From assembly GCA_963763605.1 (NCBI GenBank), contig CAVXPJ010000006.1, positions 670-64,669 on the forward strand: 64,000 bases of DNA, given 5' to 3'. The notes beneath the pieces are model-generated. The model did no database searches. It saw only the letters and a list, made by a program, of their open reading frames with translations, and was not told the DNA's origin. The position numbers and the translations under genes are program-made. This document shows, in pieces, positions 30,278 through 41,024 of this stretch (position 1 is its first letter; each line of letters begins with the position of its first letter). The DNA comes from an uncultured Acidobacteriaceae bacterium. Its GTDB lineage: Bacteria > Acidobacteriota > Terriglobia > Terriglobales > Acidobacteriaceae.

Positions 30278-31450
30278 TTGGCTAAACGCGACCGTTTTTT
30301 GTTTACAAGTGAGTCTGTCACCGAGGGGCATCCCGATAAGATTGCCGACCAGGTCTCCGATGCGATTCTGGATGCCTGCCTTGCCCAGGATCCCTACAGC
30401 CGTGTGGCGTGCGAGACGCTGACCTGCACCGGGCTGGTGGTGGTTGCCGGTGAGATTACGACGAAGGCGTATGTGGACTTTCAGGGCCTGGTGCGCGGAA
30501 CGGTCGCGGCCATCGGTTATGACAATGCGCTGTATGGGTTCGACTCGAACACCTGCGCGGTGATCTCGACGATCAATAAGCAGTCGGGCGATATTGCGAT
30601 GGGTGTGGATACGGGCGGCGCCGGCGACCAGGGCATGATGTTTGGGTATGCGACCAACGAGACGCCGGAATTGATGCCGACGCCGATCTCGCTTGCGCAC
30701 CAACTGGCGTACAAGCTGAGCGAGGTTCGCAAGAGTGGATTGATGTCGTACCTGCGGCCGGATGGCAAGAGCCAGGTGACGGTGGAGTACGACTCGAACC
30801 ATAAGCCGGTGCGGGTGGATGCGGTTGTGATCTCAACCCAGCATGCGGAGAATGTTGGCAACGACGAGTTGCGCGCTGGCATTTTGAAGAATGTGATTCA
30901 GGCTGTGATTCCGGCGAATCTGCTGGATGAGGACACGAAGTATCACATCAATCCGACGGGACGGTTCGTGGTTGGTGGTCCGATGGGCGATACGGGATTG
31001 ACGGGACGGAAGATTATCGTCGACACGTATGGCGGCATGGGACGGCATGGCGGCGGAGCGTTCAGCGGTAAGGACGCAACGAAGGTTGACCGCTCTGCGG
31101 CCTACATGGCGCGGTATGTGGCGAAGAATATTGTTGCCGCCGGGTTGGCTGATCGTTGCGAGGTGCAGCTTGCCTATGCGATTGGCGTGGCTGAGCCGGT
31201 GAGCGTGCTGGTGGATACGTTCGGCACTGGCAAGGTCGACGAGACCAAGCTGGAAGAGCTGGTGCGGAAGAACTTCTCGTTGACGCCGAAGGGCATCATC
31301 GAGGGTCTCGACCTGCGGAAGCCAATCTTCAAGGCGACGGCGGCGTATGGCCACTTCGGACGCAAGGGCGAGGGCTTTACGTGGGAGAAGACGGATAAGG
31401 CTGCGACCCTGGCGGAGCAGGCCGGCTTGAAACAGACTGCTGCCAAGTAG
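30278..31450 (+). CDS. metK: S-adenosylmethionine synthetase
   Basis: TTG start after GGAGGAG gives [44 protein letters not shown] motif. Full length. Confidence 0.95.
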   Translation: MAKRDRFLFTSESVTEGHPDKIADQVSDAILDACLAQDPYSRVACETLTCTGLVVVAGEITTKAYVDFQGLVRGTVAAIGYDNALYGFDSNTCAVISTINKQSGDIAMGVDTGGAGDQGMMFGYATNETPELMPTPISLAHQLAYKLSEVRKSGLMSYLRPDGKSQVTVEYDSNHKPVRVDAVVISTQHAENVGNDELRAGILKNVIQAVIPANLLDEDTKYHINPTGRFVVGGPMGDTGLTGRKIIVDTYGGMGRHGGGAFSGKDATKVDRSAAYMARYVAKNIVAAGLADRCEVQLAYAIGVAEPVSVLVDTFGTGKVDETKLEELVRKNFSLTPKGIIEGLDLRKPIFKATAAYGHFGRKGEGFTWEKTDKAATLAEQAGLKQTAAK

Positions 31451-31475
31451 TTCGTCAGAAGCAATTGAAAAAGAT

Positions 31476-31507
31476 GGGCAGGCCTTAAGGGCTGCCCTTT
31501 CTTTTTG
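31476..31507. terminator. Bidirectional hairpin terminator
   Basis: gggcag-gccttaaggg-ctgccc stem flanked by aaaaaga and tttcttttt, between the convergent metK and DUF3455 genes. Confidence 0.6.
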
Positions 31508-31520
31508 GTCCGGTTCTCGT

Positions 31521-32027
31521 TCAGGGTTTCGCGGAGTAGAAGGTGTAGGTTGCGCTGTAGGGAATGCGAGCGGCAGCGTCGAGGTGGTCGGCGTCGCAGC
31601 CTGTGCGGGGCGCATTGCCGCCGTGAGTGTCGGAGCGGCGGATGAATTCGACCTTCGTCATGATGCCGGAGCCGGTTGGGCTGGCGGCTTTGAGGAGGAG
31701 CCAGGGGATGGCGTTGGGGTCAGGCGATGCGCTCTTTTGCAGGAGATCGCCTTTGACGGAGCTGCCATCGTTCGATCTCCAGATGGGTCCGGCTCCGTGG
31801 GTTGCTATGGTTGCGCCGGACGCGTCGGTGAGCGTGGCTTCGGGGGCTTGAAAGACCCACTGCGGGCCGGTGGCGGACTGTTTGCAGGTGTAACTCTGCA
31901 CGCCCTTGCCGGTGGCGGTGAGGATGACGTGTTGCGAGGGAGGCGGTTCGGTTGGGTTTTGAGCCGTGGCAGCTACGGTCGTGAGGCCTGCGGCGAGAGC
32001 TAGAGACAGGCGAATGCGTTGTGTCAT
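31521..32027 (-). CDS. DUF3455 domain-containing secreted protein
   Basis: Signal peptide MTQRIRLSLALAAGLTTVAATAQ. GKGVQSYTC...GPIWRSNDGSSVKG...IPWLLLKA...RRSDTHGGNAP pattern. Confidence 0.75.
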   Translation of the reverse strand: MTQRIRLSLALAAGLTTVAATAQNPTEPPPSQHVILTATGKGVQSYTCKQSATGPQWVFQAPEATLTDASGATIATHGAGPIWRSNDGSSVKGDLLQKSASPDPNAIPWLLLKAASPTGSGIMTKVEFIRRSDTHGGNAPRTGCDADHLDAAARIPYSATYTFYSAKP

Positions 32028-32116
32028 CGACCACATTTTACTCTGGGGCAGGTTGCGGGAAGTTTGAGGGTACGAAACGGAGTGTGTTGATTCGCGGCTG
32101 GTGGGAGGATACTGGA

Positions 32117-33256
32117 ATGACGATGACTAGTGCAGCAAAGACAAGTGAAGGCGCGATTGTGGTTCCAAGTTATTTTCCTGGGAAGCAATGGCAGCAGGTG
32201 CTGGAGCGAGACGCCAAAGCAGATGGGCAGTTTGTGTATGCGGTGAAGTCGACGAAGATCTACTGCAAACCGAGCTGCGCGAGCCGCCGGCCTACGCGGA
32301 AGCAGGTGAGCTTCTTCCCTACCCCGGGCTTGGCTGAGGCGGCTGGGTACAGGGCGTGTAAGCGATGTGAGCCGGAGCGGGCCGAGTCGAAGGCTGATCC
32401 GCAGGCTGGCGCGATTGCTGCGGTGACGGAGTATCTAAAGGAGCATGCAGAGGAACGCACGAAGCTGGCCGACGTTGCGAAGGCGACCGGTGTGGGCAGA
32501 CTGACGATTCTGCGCGGATTCAAACGAGTGCTGGGGGTGAGTCCTGGGCAGTATGCGAAGGAGGCACGGCTGGAGAGATTCAAGAGCAAGGTGAGGGAGC
32601 CGCAGAAGAGGAAGGCTCCGATTACGGATGCAATCTATGAGGCGGGGTTTGGGTCGAGCAGCAGATTGTATGAGAAGAGCCATGCAGCGCTGGGTATGAC
32701 GCCGCGTGTGATGCGCGAGGGTGGCGCGGGGTTATTGATTCGCTATACGACGGCGGCTAGTCCGCTGGGTCGAATGATGGTGGCGACGACCGATGTTGGA
32801 ATCTGTTCGATTGCATTTGGCAAGGATGATAAAGAGTTGGTTGCGGATCTTCGAGGACGGTTTCGGAAGGCGCAACTGGTGGCGGCTAAGGGAAATACGG
32901 GCTGGCTTGCCGATGCTGTGGCTTTTGTGACGAGCCAGTTGAGTGAGCATCCGTTGGCGGCGACGTTTCCGCTGGATGTGCGGGCGACGGCGTTTCAGCA
33001 GAGAGTGTGGAAGGCGCTGCAGGGGATTCCGCGAGGAGAGACGCGGAGTTATGGCAGTATTGCGAAGGAGCTGGGAGTGCCGAAGGCTGCACGCGCGGTG
33101 GGAACGGCGATTGGATCGAACCCGGTGGCGGTGGTGGTGCCGTGCCATCGGGCGATTCGAGGAGATGGATCGCTGTCGGGTTATCACTGGGGAGTGGAAC
33201 GGAAGAGGAAGCTGCTGGACGCGGAATCTGGCGGAATCTTTCGGCCTGGCAGCTAA
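32117..33256 (+). CDS. ada: Ada-type bifunctional regulator/methyltransferase (Ada Zn-binding, AraC HTH, O6-methylguanine-DNA methyltransferase)
   Basis: YCKPSCASRRP...CKRCEP Zn site, AraC-type HTH (LADVAKATGVGRLTILRGFKRVLGVSPGQY), C-terminal PCHRAIRGDGSLSGYHWG active site. Confidence 0.85.
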   Translation: MTMTSAAKTSEGAIVVPSYFPGKQWQQVLERDAKADGQFVYAVKSTKIYCKPSCASRRPTRKQVSFFPTPGLAEAAGYRACKRCEPERAESKADPQAGAIAAVTEYLKEHAEERTKLADVAKATGVGRLTILRGFKRVLGVSPGQYAKEARLERFKSKVREPQKRKAPITDAIYEAGFGSSSRLYEKSHAALGMTPRVMREGGAGLLIRYTTAASPLGRMMVATTDVGICSIAFGKDDKELVADLRGRFRKAQLVAAKGNTGWLADAVAFVTSQLSEHPLAATFPLDVRATAFQQRVWKALQGIPRGETRSYGSIAKELGVPKAARAVGTAIGSNPVAVVVPCHRAIRGDGSLSGYHWGVERKRKLLDAESGGIFRPGS

Positions 33257-33265
33257 AGTAGAACG

Positions 33266-34574
33266 ATGGCAGAGACCGGCGTTATGGATGAGCGGAAGCT
33301 GTATGCGAAGATCTCGTGGCGGCTGATTCCGTATCTCTTCGTGCTGTATATCGTGGCGTACCTGGATCGCGTGAATGTGGGGTTTGCCGCGATCGATATG
33401 CAGCGGGAACTGCACTTCAGCAATACGGTGTATGGAACTGGCGCAGGAATATTTTTTCTGGGGTCGGTTCTGTTCGATCTGCCGAGCAACCTGATGCTGA
33501 CGCGCGTGGGGGCGCGGATTGTGGATTGCGCGCATCATGATCTCGTGGGGCGTGATCTCGACCTGCATGATGTTGATGCACTCGAAGGAGTCGTTTTATG
33601 TGCTGCGATTCCTGCTGGGTGTGAGTGAGGCGGGATTTTTTCCCGGGATGATTCTCTACCTGACGTACTGGTTTCCTACGCAGGAACGGGCGCGGGCGGT
33701 GGCGCGGTTTATGACGGCGACTTCGCTGGCTGGGGTGGTGGGTGGGCCGCTGTCGAGTTATCTGTTGAAGCTGGATGGCGTGTCCGGGCTGGCGGGGTGG
33801 CAGTGGTTGTTTGTGTCGGAGGGAGTTCCGACGATCTTGCTGGGAATCTCGGTTCTGTTTTTGTTGCAGGATGGGCCGGAGAAGGCTACATGGATGCGCC
33901 CGGAGGAACGGGAGTGGCTGGCGGGTGAGCTACAGAGAGACAGGGAACGGCATGGAGCGGCGTAGCATCATCGGCTGGGAGATGCGTTTCGGATGCCGGC
34001 GCTGTGGGTGCTGGCGGGGGTTTATTTTGTCAGCCAGGTGGGGGTGTATATCGTGAATCTTTGGATGCCGCTGATCCTTAACGGCTTCTCGCGTGGGGCT
34101 GCGGGTGATGCGAGTTTGATTGCGCGGTATGCGACGGTGCCTTATCTCGCGGCGGCGGTGATGACGGTGGTGGTGGGGTGGAGCTCGGATAAACGAAGGA
34201 ACGACGGTGGCATATTGCGGGGTGTTTGACTGTTGGCGGCGGTGGGGTTTGCGTGGGCGGCGTGGGCGCACTCGCTGGGGGTGGCGTTGTGCGCGATGAC
34301 GCTGGCGGCGGTGGGATTGTGGAGCATGATGGGGCCGTTCTGGACGCTGACGACGAGTATGTTGAGTGGAACCGCTGCGGCTGGAGCCGTTGCGGTGTTG
34401 CAGATGGTCGGCGGAGTGGGCGGATTTTCGGCCCGTATGTGACGGGGACGGTTGCGCGACGCGACGCACAGCTTTACCGGTGGGCTTGCGCTGATGAGCG
34501 TGATGGCGCTGATGGCAGCGGTTCTTGCGCTGGCAGTACAGAGGCCGGAACGTTTGGATGAATCCCTAAAGTGA
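33266..34574 (+). pseudogene. MFS transporter (anion:cation symporter-like), multiple frame disruptions and an in-frame TAG
   Basis: IPYLFVLYIVAYLDRVNVGFA start. Shift at about 33515 (VGAR / WIARIMISWG). In-frame TAG at 33963-33965 (HGAA*HHRLGDAFRMPALWVLAGVYF). Short out-of-frame stretches at about 34190-34230 (ERRWHIAGCL readable only in another frame) and about 34425-34455 (FGPYVTGTV). Confidence 0.75.
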
Positions 34575-34736
34575 TTTTGTTATGTAATTGATCCTTGTTG
34601 ATTCCTGTTGATGTGCCTGAAAATATTGCCTTTAGTTGAATACAGGCAACGATACATGCGTGTCGAATCTGCTGCGCAGACTGTTATTCTGGAAGGGATT
34701 GTAGCGAATTTGAGAAAACTGAGATGAGGTGAAGGA

Positions 34737-36195
<1,459 letters not shown>

Positions 36196-36221
36196 TCTTC
36201 GTTTTAAAACCAAAACACAAT

Positions 36222-36258
36222 GGCCACTGAGGAGAGATTCCTCGGTGGCTATTTTCTT
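36222..36258 (+). terminator. Hairpin terminator after ahcY
   Basis: ggccactgagg-agagatt-cctcggtggc stem followed by tattttctt. Confidence 0.5.
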
Positions 36259-36297
36259 GCGCGGTGTTGTTGAATTTTGGATCTGCGCTGCTGGAAT

Positions 36298-37071
36298 TTA
36301 GTTGGCGGAGCCGGGGGGATCGAAGTCCTCGGCGGTGATGATTTGGACGCCAGGGGTGGAGATGAGCGGCCGGTCGATGAGGATGAGGGTGCGGGCTGCT
36401 CCAGCGGAGTAGGTGACCTGGGTGCCGGTGTAGGTTGGGATCGTTGTGCTGAAGGGGACAGTGCCGGCGGGCAGCGTGGTGAGACTGTAGGTGCCGGCGG
36501 GGACGTTGAGATAGCCGGTGTTTGCACCGAAGGCCATGCCGGTGACGAGAGGAGTGACCGTGGTAAGCCTTTGGCCGGCGGGGACGAGATAGAGGTCGAC
36601 GGCGCTGGTTCGTGTGGCTTGGTTGAGGAAGCGGAGAGCGATCTGACCGGCGGGTGCAGGCTGGCTCTGATCGGTGAGGGTCAGTTGCTGCAGGCTGGAG
36701 ACGGTGTTGCCGAGCAGGATGGTGTACTGGGTGGAAGAGGCGAAGGTGCCCTTGACGGTGGAGAGGACCTGTTTGCTTCCAGCCGTATCGGCGTGGATGG
36801 TGTAGATGCCGGGGGTGACGGGAATGTAGGAGGTGACAGAACCGAAGCCGAGGTTGAAGGCCATCGCGTTCGAGTCCTGGTAGACGTCGAGGCGGGGAGA
36901 ATCCGGCGTGGCGTGGATGATGCGGACCTGCGCTTCGGGATGGGCGCTGACGATGGCTTGGCAACCAGTAAGAGCGACCGTCGCGACGATCGCGAGGGCG
37001 GCGACGAGACGAGCGGTGGGACGACCGAAATGGAAAGGTTTGGTAAACATGGCCGTTCTGAATCGGTTCAT
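36298..37071 (-). CDS. DUF4397 domain-containing lipoprotein
   Basis: Lipobox VALTGC. VRIIHATPDSPRLDVY and ALRFLNQATRTSAVDLYLVPAG repeats characteristic of DUF4397. Start may be ATG 37050. Confidence 0.8.
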   Translation of the reverse strand: MNRFRTAMFTKPFHFGRPTARLVAALAIVATVALTGCQAIVSAHPEAQVRIIHATPDSPRLDVYQDSNAMAFNLGFGSVTSYIPVTPGIYTIHADTAGSKQVLSTVKGTFASSTQYTILLGNTVSSLQQLTLTDQSQPAPAGQIALRFLNQATRTSAVDLYLVPAGQRLTTVTPLVTGMAFGANTGYLNVPAGTYSLTTLPAGTVPFSTTIPTYTGTQVTYSAGAARTLILIDRPLISTPGVQIITAEDFDPPGSAN

Positions 37072-37571
37072 CAGATTATCGGTTCACGAGGAACAGATTG
37101 AGTCGCGACGTCAACCTGCATCAACTCTAAACGATTCGAAGACAGGGAGCGACGGTGGAGTTGAGGGTAACAATGGCTAATTTGGGGGATGCAGAGCTAC
37201 ATGGCGCCGAGGGGGGATGTGAGCCTTCGATGCGTAGGGTGTAAGACATAGATGAGGCCCCCGAGGCGGGGCATCGTGACGACGAAAGCCCTCCGATGAC
37301 TGATGGAATTGGAGTTGTCTCGGTTCGGGGCCAAGGGCGGTTGAGCCGCCCCTTCAGTCCGGCTCGCTGGGGCAGCTGGAGCCTTCACCATAATGAGTCC
37401 GAGGGCGCCGGCTGCTGTAGCGAGGAGCGCCTTCTGCTGTGCCTGGGGGATGCTGCCGTCTTGAATCAAGATCACCTTCAAGACGGCGTCGCAGGCCGCG
37501 TCAGTCACGAAATTTAGTGGCCACTCAACAGCAGCCGTGCCATCTCCCCTTTCGAAGGTTTATTAACACAG

Positions 37572-38286
37572 CTATCGCTGGGCGTAGTAGCCAGCGCTCG
37601 TGCGCGCTGTCAGTCCGGGCTTATTTACCTTCAACTCAAGGCTGCGATATTGGTCTACCTGGTCTGAGACGGCACCATCAAACGAGAGAACGTAAAAAGC
37701 GCTCGCATCGTCGACGCAGATCTGGATCTGGCTGGCGATGTCGTTGCCATTAAGGAGAACTCGGCCTCCGGTTTGGGTGGCGAGGACTTGCAGCGATAGA
37801 TTAGGAGGGGAGACGCTCTTCGCATTAGAAACTCCCTTCACAAAGCTTTGGTACGCGAACTTGTCGGAAGCTCCGTTTACACTCCCAGGCGAGCCGAATC
37901 CTCCTCCCGCCCCTCCGGGATCGACAACATATAGAGTGATGCGACTGCGCCGCAGTGCATTTGAGGTCGCCACGACGCTCGCAAATAGGTTTTGCTTTTG
38001 TTGTGGGGTCATGTCTACATCCGCTCCGACAAGCAGAGGCCAACCAGGACTGAGCCAGATCACCATCTTTCGGCCTGGAATGTTCGCCTGGCCGATGATC
38101 AACGAATTGAGATTCCCGAGCGACAATACATAATTCTCCGACCTACCGGCAGCTCCGGCCGATGCGTGAGTGTGGGCGCAGTCCAATGCCTGCATTCGCT
38201 TCCAAATTTGCACTTATGGCATTCCCATCCAATGTAGGCGCTTCTTCCGACTTCAATCCAGAGTTGGAGAAGACGACAATCGATCT
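37572..38286 (-). pseudogene. TIGR03436-family (VWFA-related acidobacterial) protein, 5'-truncated and frameshifted remnant
   Basis: The 213-aa ORF carries IPGRKMVIWLSPGWPLL, ITLYVVDPGG, LSLQVLATQTGGRV and the C-terminal YRSLELKVNKPGLTARTSAGYYA (compare the GYY endings of the two intact paralogs). It continues upstream in another frame as SIVVFSNSGLKSEEAPTLDGNAISANLEANAGIGLR (shift at the CCC run at about 38178). No signal peptide or N-terminal domain on this strand. Confidence 0.55.
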
Positions 38287-38418
38287 TTACCCTTCTGGAC
38301 AACAAGACGCCTCAGAAGATTCTGTCTTTTGGTGCAAATCGATCAGGCTACTGCCAAGGCGGATCCTTCACTGGAGTTCCGTGCTTCGTGGAGCCGGGTG
38401 GGATTTTGGGAGCATAAA
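38286..38418 (+). pseudogene. Inverted N-terminal fragment of a TIGR03436-family gene
   Basis: The plus strand reads FTLLDNKTPQKILSF, then (after a shift) QIDQATAKADPSLEF. The first block aligns with DCSIFEDKNLQKTKNF (41025 gene) and DVRVYENNLRQQLAYF (42264 gene). It abuts the minus-strand remnant head to head at an ATCGAT palindrome. Confidence 0.35.
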
Positions 38419-38446
38419 AGGCCGACTGCAGGTGCAGCCGGCCTTT
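38412..38446 (-). terminator. Rho-independent terminator of the ComEA-like gene
   Basis: aaaggccg-a-ctgc-aggt-gcag-c-cggccttt hairpin. On the minus strand it is followed by ttttat. Confidence 0.6.
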
Positions 38447-38470
38447 CACCTTGTGGCAGGACTTTTGAAA

Positions 38471-38773
38471 CTACTTCTTGGGGTGGCTGGCGATGATCTG
38501 GTCCTTGATCTTGTTGTAGGTCGACTGAGGAAGAATGCCGCGGGTAACGAGTTGGTTCTTCGCGGTGTAGGGGCGGCCGTCGATGATGCGCTTGGAGTAG
38601 GCGTCGCCGATGCCGGGGAACGCTTTGAGCTGGTCAGGGCTGGCGGTGTTGATGTCGAGGGGCGTTGCAGCAGCGGCTGCGGCGGCGGGCTTGGGAGTCT
38701 GCGCGACTGTGAAGACCGGAGCAAAGGCGAACAGAAGGGCTGCGGCGAACAGTTTGCGGCGAAGATTGGACAT
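38471..38773 (-). CDS. ComEA-like helix-hairpin-helix DNA-binding protein (secreted)
   Basis: AAGGAG before ATG 38773. Signal peptide MSNLRRKLFAAALLFAFAPVFTVAQ. LDINTASPDQLKAFPGIGDAYSKRIIDGRPY HhH motif. Confidence 0.8.
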   Translation of the reverse strand: MSNLRRKLFAAALLFAFAPVFTVAQTPKPAAAAAAATPLDINTASPDQLKAFPGIGDAYSKRIIDGRPYTAKNQLVTRGILPQSTYNKIKDQIIASHPKK

Positions 38774-38911
38774 CGGAGGGTCTCCTTTGTGGGATGAGTA
38801 GCTTACTGCGGAAGAGTACGAGAGCAGGCGGGGCGCGTCAATGAGCAAGTTGAGATGGTTGATCTCCTCAAAGGCTCAAAGACTGCTCCGTTTGCGATCG
38901 TGTGCGGCGCT

Positions 38912-39910
38912 TTAGCTGAATCCGAGCACGGGGTGCGGGACGTATGGCTCTTCGAGTGAGGTGATCTCCTCAGATGTGAGCTTGATGGGAAGCGCGGCGA
39001 CAGCGTCGGTGAGGTGGTTGGGCTTGGTGGCGCCGACGATGGGTGAGGTGATGACCGGTTTGGCCAGCATCCATGCCAGGGCGAGCTTCGCCATCGGAAC
39101 ATTGCGCCTCTCGGAGAGGGCGGCGAGACGGTCGACAACTTTTTTGTCGGCGTCGTCGGTCCTGGTGTAGATGGTCTTGGCGAACTGGTCGGTCTCGGTG
39201 CGTTTGGTTGTCTCCGATTGCCAGGGGCGGGTGAGGCGGCCGCGGGCGAGCGGGCTCCAGGGGATGACGCCGATGCCTTCGGATTTGCAGAGGCCCATCA
39301 TCTCGCGCTCTTCTTCGCGGTAGAGGAGGTTGTAGTGGTTCTGCATGGAGACGAAGCGCGTCCAGTCGTGGAGGTCGGCGACATAGAGCGCCTTGGCGAA
39401 CTGCCAGGCGTACATGGACGAGGCGCCGATGTAGCGGACTTTGCCGGCTTTGACGACGTCGTGGAGCGCTTCCATGGTCTCTTCGATAGGAGTTTCGTAG
39501 TCCCAGCGGTGGATCTGGTAGAGGTCGACGTAGTCGGTTTGAAGACGACGGAGGCTCTGGTCGAGTTCGAAGAAGATCTCCTTGCGCGATAGGCCCTTGC
39601 CGTTGGGGGTGTCGCGCATGACGCCGTTGAGCTTGGTGGCGATGACGGTGTCTTCGCGTTTGGTGTTGGCTTTGAGGAAGCGGCCGAGAAGCTCCTCGCT
39701 GGAGCCGGTGGAGTAGACGTTGGCGGTGTCGTAGAAATTGATGCCGAGATCGAGGGCCTGTTTGAAGAAGGGCTGGCTGTCGGCTTCGTTGAGGGCCCAG
39801 GGGTGACTGCCGGGGCGCAGAGTGCCGGAGGGGATTTCGCCGTAGGTCATGCAGCCGAGGCAGATGCGGGAGACTTTGAGGCCGGTCTTGCCGAGATTGA
39901 CGTATTCCAT
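38912..39910 (-). CDS. Aldo/keto reductase
   Basis: MEYVNLGKTGLKVSRICLGCMTYG, FYDTANVYS, IGASSMYAWQ, PWSPLARGRL motifs. The ORF track start at 39922 is also possible. Confidence 0.9.
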   Translation of the reverse strand: MEYVNLGKTGLKVSRICLGCMTYGEIPSGTLRPGSHPWALNEADSQPFFKQALDLGINFYDTANVYSTGSSEELLGRFLKANTKREDTVIATKLNGVMRDTPNGKGLSRKEIFFELDQSLRRLQTDYVDLYQIHRWDYETPIEETMEALHDVVKAGKVRYIGASSMYAWQFAKALYVADLHDWTRFVSMQNHYNLLYREEEREMMGLCKSEGIGVIPWSPLARGRLTRPWQSETTKRTETDQFAKTIYTRTDDADKKVVDRLAALSERRNVPMAKLALAWMLAKPVITSPIVGATKPNHLTDAVAALPIKLTSEEITSLEEPYVPHPVLGFS

Positions 39911-40403
39911 GTGCTGCTCCATTCGGGGGTGCCCCTCTCGGGGTGTTCTTGGCTAAAGTTTTGTTTCCAAAAGGCTTAGGGGTGGACTACGGCTGCAAAG
40001 TATTCATAACAAAGACTATAACTTATAAAGTATCTGTTATCAATGAGTTACTTTGCGACGATTGCCCAGTATGCTCCCTGTTTCGATCGTTATATCTAGT
40101 ATAGCTGGCTGGATGTAACTAAAATGCCACACGGATCTTGTTCCCTGATAAGAAGTTAGGGCGATTCTGGGCTTGACATTCAATTTCTGGGCGAAAGATG
40201 CGCAAACAAAGTGTAAGCGGGTTTTAAATCAAAGAGATACTGTCATGAAATCTCCGGATATTTGGGTTTTGTTGCTGCGTGCTAGACTTTCGGTCTGCCT
40301 ATGACTGCCTGAGTTGGATGTGTGCGCTGCGATAGTTACTTCGGGGTTTTTTTTACCCGAGCTGCGCCTTTCTGTTTCATTCCACCTATTCAGGAGATTT
40401 CAA

Positions 40404-40949
40404 ATGTCATTTCTTCGATGTGACGATATCGTTACGCCTCGTCTTTCCTTAATTGCTATTACGCCGGAGATGGTGCTGTCGGAGAAGAACGGCGATGGCC
40501 GTCTTGGCCAATTGATTCAGTGTGTGGTGCCAGCGAACTGGCCACCGGAGCACTGGGAGCCTCACGTCTTCGACTTCATCCTGGCTCAATTTGCAGAGCA
40601 TCCGGAGCAGGTTGGCTGGCACTACTATGTATGCTTCGTTCGAGCAGATGGGCAACGCAGTTTGATCGGGGCTCTTGGTGCGTTTTCGAAGGCCTCCACT
40701 CCGCTGGAGTGTGAGATTGGGTATTCGATTCTGCCGCCGTATGAGGGTCGTGGCTTTGCGACCGAAGCTGCCCGGGCGTTGATTGATTACATTCGGCGCA
40801 ATGAACGAATCGAGAGTGTCATTGCGCATACATTTCCCTCGTTGCCGGGATCGATTCGGGTGGTGGAGAAGTGCGGACTCGTCTTTGATGGGGAAGGCGA
40901 GGAGGCGGGAACGATTCGGTATCGGTTGATGCTGCGGTCGCTCGGATGA
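40404..40949 (+). CDS. GNAT family N-acetyltransferase (RimJ/RimL-like)
   Basis: caggagatttcaaATG start. TPRLSLIAITPEM N-terminus. IGYSILPPYEGRGFATEAARALIDY acetyl-CoA motif. Confidence 0.85.
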   Translation: MSFLRCDDIVTPRLSLIAITPEMVLSEKNGDGRLGQLIQCVVPANWPPEHWEPHVFDFILAQFAEHPEQVGWHYYVCFVRADGQRSLIGALGAFSKASTPLECEIGYSILPPYEGRGFATEAARALIDYIRRNERIESVIAHTFPSLPGSIRVVEKCGLVFDGEGEEAGTIRYRLMLRSLG

Positions 40950-40953
40950 GGAA

Positions 40954-41000
40954 CAGCAGATCCCCCTTCGGGGGATGACAACCAGAGAGGCAACGGCAGC
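40954..41000. repeat. Intergenic hairpin repeat (CAGATCCCC..GGGGATGACAAC family), probable bidirectional terminator
   Basis: gcagatccccc-ttc-gggggatgacaac, 7-bp stem at 40960-40976, between convergent gene ends. A second copy is at 44600-44675. Confidence 0.6.
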
Positions 41001-41024
41001 TATGGCTCGGGAGTTTCGTGAGGG

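Noticed and set aside
34575-34736. Possible SAH riboswitch upstream of ahcY.
   Set aside because: The spacer is AT-rich with promoter-like TTGATT/TTGATG hexamers, but it lacks the conserved SAH-riboswitch pseudoknot sequences as I remember them.
37197-37508. 103-aa minus-strand ORF downstream of the VWA remnant (MTDAACDAVLKVILIQDGSIPQAQQKALLATAAGALGLIMV...).
   Set aside because: No start context, no recognisable family, and the second half is Pro/Arg/His-rich. It may be another gene fragment in this degraded region, but I cannot support a call.
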